Positions 38,201 through 44,805 of a stretch of DNA of 64,000 nt are shown piece after piece. The translations under genes were made by a program, and so were the position numbers. The stretch comes from Acidobacteriota bacterium (lineage in GTDB: Bacteria; Acidobacteriota; Thermoanaerobaculia; Multivoradales; J023), in NCBI GenBank assembly GCA_029263395.1, contig JAJCXO010000036.1, positions 1,638 to 65,637 on the forward strand, in the 5' to 3' direction. The stretch's first letter is position 1, and every line of letters begins with the position of its first letter. The notes under the pieces are model-generated. The model saw only the letters and a program-made list of their open reading frames with translations. It was not told the DNA's origin and searched no databases.

Positions 38201-39692
38201 TCGCCAGGGAGTCTGCAGCGTCTGTCGTTCCTATGAGTCGATCAAGGAGCACGCTCGAGGCTATTTCAAGACCATGGACGACCTACGCGAGATATTCGCC
38301 AGGTCTGCCCAGGCAAAAACTAGCAGCCCACCGTACGATTGCATGATGCTGCTCAGCGGCGGTAAAGACAGCACCTACGCGCTGTGTCGGTTGGTCGAGA
38401 TGGGCTTATCGGTTTATGCCTTCAGCCTCGACAACGGCTTTATCTCCGAAGAAGCCAAAGACAACATTCGCCGAGTGACCGGACAACTCGGCGTGCCGGT
38501 TGAACTCGCCACAACACCGGCGATGAACGCCATCTTCAGGGACAGCCTGACCCGTTTTGCCAACGTCTGCCAGGGCTGTTTCAAGACGATCTACACCTTG
38601 AGTACCCAACGGGCTCATGCGTTGGGGATTCCGATCATCGTCACCGGGCTGTCGCGCGGGCAAATGTTCGAAACCCGACTGACCGAGGAGATGTTTCGCG
38701 ACGGTCGGTGTAGCCCCGAAGAGGTTGACGCCGCGGTGCTGGCGGCGCGCAAGGTTTACCACCGACTCGACGACGAGGTCTCCCGTTCGCTGGATGTACG
38801 GATCTTTCAGGACGATCAAATCTTCGAGCAGATCCAGTATGTCGACTTCTATCGCTATTGTGATGTCGGCCTGAGTGAGCTCCATACCTATCTCCAGCGT
38901 AAGGTGTCCTGGGTACGCCCGCGGGATACTGGACGCTCGACCAATTGCCTGATCAACGATGTCGGGATTTATGTCCACAACCGACAGCTCGGTTACCACA
39001 ACTATGCCCTGCCCTATAGCTGGGACGTGCGCATGGGCCACAAAACCCGGGACGAAGCCCACGACGAGCTCAATGACAGCATCGACGTCGGGTTCGTGCG
39101 CAAAACGTTGGCCGAGATCGGCAGCGATGTCGAAGGCTTGACCGCCGACGGCAGCCAGCCACAGCTGGTCGCGTTTTATGTGGTTTCAAAAGATGCCGTT
39201 TCGAAAGACGCCGTTTCGAAAGGCCTGTCCGATGACGAGCTTCGTCGACAGCTTGCCGAGCGTCTGCCGGCACCTTTCATACCAGCTCATCTCCAGCGGA
39301 TCGACACCATCCCACTAACTGCCCACGGCAAAGTTGATGAACAAGCCTTACCAGCCATCGAACACATTCGGCTCACCGAGGCACAGTACCGGCCGCCCGA
39401 AGGCCCGGTTGAGGAATATCTCGCCAACGTCTGGCAAGAACAGCTCGGCACTACCCGGGTCGGCGCCGACGATAGCTTCTTTCAGCTCGGCGGTACGTCG
39501 CTCGGCGCGATGGAGGTCATGATCCGCCTATGCCAGGAATACGACATCGACCTGCCATTGGAAACGTTGTTCTCGCATCCGACCCTCGGCAAGCTGGCCC
39601 GCGTCGCCGAAGACCGGATCATGGCGGACATCGATGCCTTGACCGAGGACGAACAGCAAAACCTAATCGTTGAAGGCGAGCTTCTCGGTTGA
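35268..39692 (+). CDS. NRPS module C-A-T whose A domain is interrupted by a Zn-ribbon/PP-loop ATPase domain
   Basis: The C domain has HHLITDA. The A domain has YVLYTSGSTGQPKG, NEYGPTEA, YRTGDRV and GRLDRQLKISGFRVEPAEIE, then a ~377-aa insert, then LVAFYV, LPAPFIPA and AHGKVD. The T domain has FFQLGGTSL. The ORF opens with TTG at 35253, and the first ATG is at 35268. Confidence 0.85.
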   Translation: MYSQLELLLDVQTEQETPLAHNQLAIWIGQQLHRDSPLYNMTFAWIFQVDVRTDLFQQAWQRVADGSDALRTQIVERDGVGLRRISPGGSCLTTVLDLPPDSDSNPEAHFLRWCRERCARPLNYGDQLVDSVLVELGEGKTGWYLNLHHLITDASSTVLLYRQVAAEYAALIDGKAPIPVLYDYYPTLANLAAKTRPSDTARQHWADRLKRQDRLIPLYGRQAEPVGTASTRLTLQLDPQRTRALDRLCAETGFASLSRKMSRFALFATLLLSWLHRVSGQAALGFDAPVSGRPTAKSKRALGLFIEMFPFAVTVEPQDTFRTLGAKCLAEAELFLSHALPGTSSPSGAAASNVVLNFFPDTFGDFAGTPAAVEWVHPGHGDSVHALRLQVHDFAGSGGTTLHFDFNDRALSDRLRRRSLRHFERIVTALLDDVDGRIAAVDMLTDDETLALAELNATAGSPLPDQTVVEMFLAQAATNPQRIALRQGEAELSFEDLRSQAEALAATLVQAGITPGDAIAPGDGATPGGRVGILSRRSMDTVVAILATLLARAAYVPIDPAYPRQRRDHILHDSAACLVLVGEDVEAPAASGTASRNPNPDVPVLSIREGIRAGRDTPFNRPHPTLDDLAYVLYTSGSTGQPKGVLIEHGGLAAYLQWAERQYVRGDRLRFPLFTSLSFDLTVTSLFLPLITGGVLEIYPEPAGPVDSALMDVVRANAVDFIKLTPSHLSLLLQMNPTPSQLRRMVIGGEDLKTQLATEVSARFGNSLEITNEYGPTEAVVGCIAHRYDPAVDDDLRDPSPRVPIGVPADHVQIEILNAAQSPVPEGVPGELWISRYGLARGYQGLDELTAERFQARPQHSNGRRYRTGDRVRMVSPNKLEYLGRLDRQLKISGFRVEPAEIENALLSLPGIEQCAVIARRRTASPSKERLDRADGQPSSDGLTGTADLTSTVALSRTADPTCIRCGLPSSHPRAVFDRQGVCSVCRSYESIKEHARGYFKTMDDLREIFARSAQAKTSSPPYDCMMLLSGGKDSTYALCRLVEMGLSVYAFSLDNGFISEEAKDNIRRVTGQLGVPVELATTPAMNAIFRDSLTRFANVCQGCFKTIYTLSTQRAHALGIPIIVTGLSRGQMFETRLTEEMFRDGRCSPEEVDAAVLAARKVYHRLDDEVSRSLDVRIFQDDQIFEQIQYVDFYRYCDVGLSELHTYLQRKVSWVRPRDTGRSTNCLINDVGIYVHNRQLGYHNYALPYSWDVRMGHKTRDEAHDELNDSIDVGFVRKTLAEIGSDVEGLTADGSQPQLVAFYVVSKDAVSKDAVSKGLSDDELRRQLAERLPAPFIPAHLQRIDTIPLTAHGKVDEQALPAIEHIRLTEAQYRPPEGPVEEYLANVWQEQLGTTRVGADDSFFQLGGTSLGAMEVMIRLCQEYDIDLPLETLFSHPTLGKLARVAEDRIMADIDALTEDEQQNLIVEGELLG
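36804..36857 (+). repeat. in-frame 18-bp x 3 tandem repeat inside the A domain (ITPGDA/IAPGDG/ATPGGR)
   Basis: ATTACGCCAGGGGACGCT ATTGCGCCAGGGGACGGT GCTACGCCAGGGGGCCGT. Confidence 0.8.
38030..39160 (+). other. inserted domain: CxxC...CxxC Zn ribbon plus PP-loop (SGGKDS) N-type ATP pyrophosphatase, PseA/WbpG/WbuX-like
   Basis: CIRCGLPSSHPRAVFDRQGVCSVCRSY lies at 38154-38234. YDCMMLLSGGKDSTYAL contains SGGKDS at 38355-38372. Confidence 0.65.
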
Positions 39693-39699
39693 GGCTGAC

Positions 39700-40242
39700 T
39701 CAGCTGTCGTTCCGCTGTGACTCGACCCGGATCCAATTCCGTCCACCCTTCCTTAGCTTGCAGAGGCGACCGTCATCAAACCGTGCATGCGCTACAAAAA
39801 CGTGCTTCCCTGGCTTGAGCACAGATGTCGGCAGACGGAGTCCCCAGCCGCTGGCCTCCAATCCTGGCTTGGCGGCGAGCCGTCGAATATCCGACCGTGG
39901 CAAATCGACTCGCGCCAATTCCCGCAGCGGCCTGCCATTCATCGACACCATCACCGCCTGCGCGGGTCGGTCGAACCGCGGATCGAACGCCCAACCCCAG
40001 ATCATCACACCGCCGTTCGCATCCAGCCGAACCCCATCCACGTAACCACACTTCACCCCTTCGACCAGCCTTTCTGCGGTGATCTCTGACATCGACGCAA
40101 GAATTGAAGAACTCTCCAGAGGCTGGACCCACGCAGCACCCGGGCGGGCACCGCTGAGCCACAAGAGCCCTCCTACGGCAAACACGGAGAACAGCAACAA
40201 GCCGATGGCCAGCACGCTTTGGGGCTTTGTATCGCGTCGCAT
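39700..40242 (-). CDS. membrane-anchored hypothetical protein (180 aa)
   Basis: An N-terminal TM segment (VLAIGLLLFSVFAVGGLLWL) is followed by a beta-rich extracytoplasmic domain. I recognise no family. Confidence 0.5.
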   Translation of the reverse strand: MRRDTKPQSVLAIGLLLFSVFAVGGLLWLSGARPGAAWVQPLESSSILASMSEITAERLVEGVKCGYVDGVRLDANGGVMIWGWAFDPRFDRPAQAVMVSMNGRPLRELARVDLPRSDIRRLAAKPGLEASGWGLRLPTSVLKPGKHVFVAHARFDDGRLCKLRKGGRNWIRVESQRNDS

Positions 40243-40336
40243 TTCGGTTCATCCAACGGTTATCGACAACCCTGCGAGAGTCGTCATCTGATGAGGCTAG
40301 TCTAGTTGAAAGCAGAAACCGGTTCGCGCCTCCCGG

Positions 40337-40500
40337 GGAGCCCCCTGTGGAGCGAGCACGCAGCGAGTATGTATGAGCAAGAGAACAGACCATCGCTCTC
40401 CAAACTATTGTAACCAATAGGGTTGACTGACATTAAGGCGCCGAGGCGAGTTACGCAGCTGGGCGCGCAGTCCACAGGGTGCGACCGGACAACCCACGTC
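40337..40500 (-). repeat. copy 1 of the ~165-bp conserved intergenic element (inverted relative to copy 2)
   Basis: The reverse complement aligns with 49068-49232 at roughly 90 percent identity. A 90-nt core has only 2 mismatches. Confidence 0.9.
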
Positions 40501-40521
40501 ATTGGACGGGATCTAGTCTAG

Positions 40522-42273
40522 TTGAAACCGATCATGCAGAAACCGATGACGGCAGCAGCCGATAACCAGCGCTGGCTCGACTCTCCATCGTTGTGGATCC
40601 CCGTCGCAGTGGTGCTGGGAGCCATCGTTCGCCTAGCGATCGCGCCCCATTTCGATTTCTACGGCGACGAGTTCTTCACCCTGGAGTGGTGCCAGAAGTC
40701 GTTTCGAGAAATCCAATCGAGCTTTGGCCCCGGGATCACGATGCATCTCTACATCCTCCTGATGAAGGGATGGGGAACGCTCGTGGGCTATTCACCATGG
40801 ACCATGAAACTCCCTTCGTTGGTTGCCGGTATTGCACTGATTCCGCTGCTGGCCCGCTTGGGCTCCAGGTGGTTCAATCACCAGGCCGCGGCGGTTGCGA
40901 TCGCCATCTTGGTCACCAGCAGCCCGCTCATCAACACCGCGAGGACGGCAAGAGTGTATGCCCTACTCGCGCTGGGTGTTGTCGTCTCGATGATGATATT
41001 CTCTCGCGCCCTGCGGACTGGCTCCGTTAAATATCTATTATTGAATGCCATAGTCAACGCGAGCCTCATGGCCTTGTCGTTACATGCGGTGTATATCTTT
41101 ATTATCCAAGCGGCGAGTGCTGCCCTCGAATTTCTCTGCCCTCCCAGAATCTCGTTCCGTCGCTTGGCAGGTCTCGCCGCAAGCCTGGGTTTGTCGGCTG
41201 TTTTATCCTTGCTTTTTTACTCTGGCGCGCTCCCCAAAATTATTGCACTCTTCACCGCCTCGTCGGTCTCGACCAGTGCATCTGTGATGCTGTCGAGCCC
41301 ACTCCAATATCGCCCCAAAGTCTTCTTACAACTGTGGCTGCCGTTTTCTTGGAATCACGCGGCTTCGCCAGTGATCATGCTGTTATGCCTGGCGCTCGGA
41401 GTTTTTGTTGCCTGTCGTTGGTATGGAGCTCGCGGGCGACTACTGGTCTTGTGGGCGGTCATTCCACCTTTCTTCTACCTTATCGTCCCCTTCGGCTTTG
41501 TGCCGGATAGCATCGCTCGGTATCTCGTCCCGGTGGTAGCTGCCCAGATCCTCTTGGTCGCCTTGGGTGCTCTTTGGATCGTTCAACTCGTACCTTTCGG
41601 CAAACGACTTTCACCGACATTCGCTTTTTCTATCGCGTTGATTTTGACCCTGATACCCAACGCATTCCGGAACCAGCTATTTATTCAGTCAGAGCCAAGC
41701 AGTCTGACTCTCCGTCACGTGGCCGAAATTGCACAACCCGGTGACGTGGTGACCAGTTATCCAGGCCACTACCAAGCGATGATCGATCTGCATCGTGATC
41801 TGAACGGCGGCCAGCTCTCTGCCTTGGTCAACCAACCGTCGCTACCGGCCCCAGGAAGATTGATCATCATCCTCCGATCCGTTCCCAAAGTAAAAAATTG
41901 GTGGCTAGAGTATTTTGAGGGCTATCAGGTGGGCGGCCCAGGGTACACACACAACATTATTGTTTTAGTTTCTCCACGCCTATCTCCCGGCCCCAAGGCG
42001 TTGATCGAACCGATGCACCACTTCTACTATGGCTTTCTGAAAACGATGGCAACAGAGGGCACGTTACATCGTTATCCAAGTATCCAACTCGGGCTACTCA
42101 GGCGTGTCCATAGCCGCCTCGCACGACTTGCTGACCTGGCGGGCAATAATAAAGAGTACCAGGAGCATCTTCTGCTGGTACAAAACCCGGAGTCATGGCT
42201 GATAAAACCCTTTGATTCCCCAGAAATCATGAAGGTGCTGGACCGCGACGGATCTCAAGCAACCGTTCGGTAA
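40522..42273 (+). CDS. GT-C fold membrane glycosyltransferase (family 39/83, ArnT/PMT-like)
   Basis: There are more than 10 predicted TM segments. FDFYGDEFFT sits in the first extracytoplasmic loop (a DE motif). The ORF starts with TTG at 40522, and an alternative ATG lies at 40534. The gene is visibly A/T-richer than its neighbours. Confidence 0.55.
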   Translation: MKPIMQKPMTAAADNQRWLDSPSLWIPVAVVLGAIVRLAIAPHFDFYGDEFFTLEWCQKSFREIQSSFGPGITMHLYILLMKGWGTLVGYSPWTMKLPSLVAGIALIPLLARLGSRWFNHQAAAVAIAILVTSSPLINTARTARVYALLALGVVVSMMIFSRALRTGSVKYLLLNAIVNASLMALSLHAVYIFIIQAASAALEFLCPPRISFRRLAGLAASLGLSAVLSLLFYSGALPKIIALFTASSVSTSASVMLSSPLQYRPKVFLQLWLPFSWNHAASPVIMLLCLALGVFVACRWYGARGRLLVLWAVIPPFFYLIVPFGFVPDSIARYLVPVVAAQILLVALGALWIVQLVPFGKRLSPTFAFSIALILTLIPNAFRNQLFIQSEPSSLTLRHVAEIAQPGDVVTSYPGHYQAMIDLHRDLNGGQLSALVNQPSLPAPGRLIIILRSVPKVKNWWLEYFEGYQVGGPGYTHNIIVLVSPRLSPGPKALIEPMHHFYYGFLKTMATEGTLHRYPSIQLGLLRRVHSRLARLADLAGNNKEYQEHLLLVQNPESWLIKPFDSPEIMKVLDRDGSQATVR

Positions 42274-43094
42274 CTCCGCAGGAGATGCAGCAGCACCCCG
42301 AGGCGCTGCGCGGCACTGAGCTCGCGAAAAGTTTCAATCTGCGAGTTTGTGCCGGTATAAAGCCTTAGGCGTTGGGCGCGTTGCCTGGCGTGCTCGAACT
42401 CCAGATGGGTAATCTTCATCGAAGGACGATAGGCCATCCTCAAGTCGGGGCGACGCACGGCCAAGCGGTGAACAAACTCGCTGTCGCCAGCGCGTTGCCA
42501 CGTTTCGAACGGCCCCAACTCGTCGAACAGAGAAGCCCGAACCGCCATGTTGTTGCAGTACGCAAAATGGTGGGCGGCGGCGCAGCGACTGATCACATAG
42601 TCGGTTCTTGCATTCTCGTAGGCGCCTAGCCATCGCAGCGCAAGCGACGCCGTGGTTGGGTATCGACAATGTCCAACCAGCACCGCAGTCTGTGGCTCCC
42701 GCAAGCCTGCCAGGATCGACCGCAGCCAATCAGAATCAACGACGCAGTCGGCATCAGTGAAGGCAATCACAGGAGCGCTCGCGTGTTGGATAGCCGTGTT
42801 GCGCGCCGCGTAGGCACCGGGAGTCGACTCGCTGAGTGATATCACCTCGGGATAACCCTGGACGATGGTCGCGGAAGTATCGGACGATCGATTGTCGACG
42901 AGAATGATCTCGTACGGCGCCGGGCAGTCTTCCTGCGCGAGCAGCGATTCGATACATGCCGCAAGCGTGCGCTCGCTGTTGTAGAACGGCACCACCACCG
43001 AGATGCAAGGGTGCTCAGTCTTGCCACGTAACTCAGTCTTGCCACGCAACTCAATGCTGCTACGTAACTCAGTCTTGCCTCGTAACTCAGTCAT
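42255..43094 (-). CDS. family 2 glycosyltransferase with an N-terminal hexapeptide repeat
   Basis: ISVVVPFYNSERTLAACIESLLAQ...IILVDNRSSD...FTDADC is a GT2 signature. The N-terminus reads MTELRGK TELRSS IELRGK TELRGK. Confidence 0.8.
   Translation of the reverse strand: MTELRGKTELRSSIELRGKTELRGKTEHPCISVVVPFYNSERTLAACIESLLAQEDCPAPYEIILVDNRSSDTSATIVQGYPEVISLSESTPGAYAARNTAIQHASAPVIAFTDADCVVDSDWLRSILAGLREPQTAVLVGHCRYPTTASLALRWLGAYENARTDYVISRCAAAHHFAYCNNMAVRASLFDELGPFETWQRAGDSEFVHRLAVRRPDLRMAYRPSMKITHLEFEHARQRAQRLRLYTGTNSQIETFRELSAAQRLGVLLHLLRSYRTVA
43015..43093 (-). repeat. in-frame 18-bp x 4 tandem repeat at the 5' end of the GT2 gene
   Basis: Plus strand: CAGTCTTGCCACGTAACT, CAGTCTTGCCACGCAACT, CAATGCTGCTACGTAACT, CAGTCTTGCCTCGTAACT. 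Confidence 0.85.
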
Positions 43095-44119
43095 GCCGCA
43101 TGCTCACGCAGTCGTGTGTAGAGGTCATGCCGCAAGGCTTGACTCGCCCACTCTCCCTGGGCTGCGGTCAAAACCTGCTCAGACGTACCAGAGCGGCGGA
43201 CGCCTCGGTCGACACCAGCTTTCCAGGTTTCCTCTGGGGTGACCAGCTGACTGGAGCTCTGGCCATATCGCTCGAGGATTTCGGGATCCCACGCCAGGCC
43301 GAGGTCCTGGAGGAGTCGTTCGAGGGTCGACTCGGGCTGGGAGGTCAGGTCTTCATAGACAACGAAGTGATCGTTAGCCACCGCGTTAGCCTTTTGGACC
43401 CGACTCAACGAGAAGCGAACGTCTGCGTTCCAGCGTTCAACACAGGTTTCCAGATCATACGGGTGTTGCCAATGTTTGGAAGCCTTGTGCAATGAAGCAA
43501 CGGTCTCCAATCCATCACGGACGACGTGCACGAAGTCGGTGCGTGTCTTGGGGCCAGCCAGCTTTTCGAGGAATGGGATGTAACGCAGGTGCTTCGGTGT
43601 CTTTTCGACCCATGTCGACTGCCCCCTGGACAATGCCAACTGGTCGAGAACTCGTAACAGCTGCTGTGCCACTTCGCGGGTGCGGAAAGGTAGCAACAAC
43701 CTGGTGGGCTCTCCTTCGACAAGAGAAGCCCACGCACCATCTCCCATCACACCAGCAATGCTGGAGGCGTCGAAGTCGTTCTCGGCCAGGAACTCGACCA
43801 GGCGCGACTTGGGATTCTTCGTCAAGATGACCGACGACCCAGGCAATAGCTTGAAGTGGCGGCTGAAGAAATGGCTTTCGGTGAACGACGTCACCTCACT
43901 ATGCGCGGCTAGCAGGCTCTGGACCAAGGTGGTGCCGGAGCGTGGCACTCCGACGACGAAGATCCGTCGTTTCACCTCGGTAGGCTTCTTGAGAGTACCG
44001 TGAGTCACGAGATCACGCGCCAACTTTGATAGCGACCAGAGTGAAGAACGGGCGGAAGGAGGGTGCCAGCCGCTCCGCGAGTCCGACGATACCCCGCCCG
44101 TAACCACCACGGTAGACAA
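43091..44119 (-). CDS. sulfotransferase family protein
   Basis: RIFVVGVPRSGTTLVQSLL is a 5'-PSB PAPS-binding loop. Starting at ATG 44119 would overlap the upstream gene by 107 nt. An in-frame GTG at 44008 would remove the overlap. Confidence 0.7.
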   Translation of the reverse strand: MSTVVVTGGVSSDSRSGWHPPSARSSLWSLSKLARDLVTHGTLKKPTEVKRRIFVVGVPRSGTTLVQSLLAAHSEVTSFTESHFFSRHFKLLPGSSVILTKNPKSRLVEFLAENDFDASSIAGVMGDGAWASLVEGEPTRLLLPFRTREVAQQLLRVLDQLALSRGQSTWVEKTPKHLRYIPFLEKLAGPKTRTDFVHVVRDGLETVASLHKASKHWQHPYDLETCVERWNADVRFSLSRVQKANAVANDHFVVYEDLTSQPESTLERLLQDLGLAWDPEILERYGQSSSQLVTPEETWKAGVDRGVRRSGTSEQVLTAAQGEWASQALRHDLYTRLREHAA

Positions 44120-44786
44120 TCTTCTCGGAGCAAAAACCGACCCGGCTGAGAAAGTCCGAAACCTCGCGGGTGGTGTATTCCCTCACATGCCCCATATGCC
44201 CCAACGTCTCGAGCTTCTCGTACTGACGGTATACACCGGCGGATGCTGCATGGCCTTGGTTGTGGAGCAACAGATTGCGGATGCCGCGGAAGGACCGCAG
44301 GTTGGGAGTCGACAGCAACAGCACGCCACCCGGTTTCAACACTCGGCACACCTCGCGCAGCGTCAGGATCGGATTGATTCTGAGATGCTCGAACAGCTCG
44401 TTGAAGACGATTGCGTCGAAGGTCTCGTCCGCAAAGGGTGCCGGCTCGGTCTCGAGGTTACATTGCCTGACGTCGATCCCCAGGCTTGTGATGGCCGCCA
44501 TGAATCGCTCAGGCGCCAGGTCGACAGCGCTGACCTCGTAGCCAAGCTCGACCAGTACGCCGGTCATCAACAGCGGCACCGCTCCACACTCCAGGACCCG
44601 TGCCCCCGGTTCGACATGCTGCTCGATGATCCGTAGATCCGCGGCGAGTCGAGTCCGATGTTGCTGCCGATAGCCCGCGAACCACTTCCCGAGGGCAGCA
44701 TCATCCGGCTCGATGTTCGAGGCGATCGCGTCGAGCAACCGATAGCTCCGCTCCGGAAATCGCCACGGTTCGGATTCTTTCAACAT
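44013..44786 (-). CDS. class I SAM-dependent methyltransferase
   Basis: VLECGAVPLLM is motif I-like. FDAIVFNELFEHL and VLKPGGVLLLSTPN are also present. Confidence 0.75.
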   Translation of the reverse strand: MLKESEPWRFPERSYRLLDAIASNIEPDDAALGKWFAGYRQQHRTRLAADLRIIEQHVEPGARVLECGAVPLLMTGVLVELGYEVSAVDLAPERFMAAITSLGIDVRQCNLETEPAPFADETFDAIVFNELFEHLRINPILTLREVCRVLKPGGVLLLSTPNLRSFRGIRNLLLHNQGHAASAGVYRQYEKLETLGHMGHVREYTTREVSDFLSRVGFCSEKIVYRGGYGRGIVGLAERLAPSFRPFFTLVAIKVGA

Positions 44787-44805
44787 GGTGTTGTCAGTGC
44801 TCTAC

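Noticed and set aside
40302-40502. Small ORFs spanning the conserved ~165-bp element (40302..40502 on the minus strand and 49072..49476 on the plus strand) as a possible conserved peptide gene
   Set aside because: About half of the roughly 11 substitutions between the copies are synonymous in this frame, which is mildly suggestive. However, the two ORFs diverge completely right after the conserved DNA, have different lengths (66 versus 134 aa), lack a Shine-Dalgarno site, and one overlaps the GT4 gene. A non-coding regulatory element is more parsimonious.
42255-42273. Identical 19-nt overlaps of convergent gene ends at 42255-42273 and 50512-50530
   Set aside because: The two overlapping sequences are unrelated, so the equal length appears coincidental.
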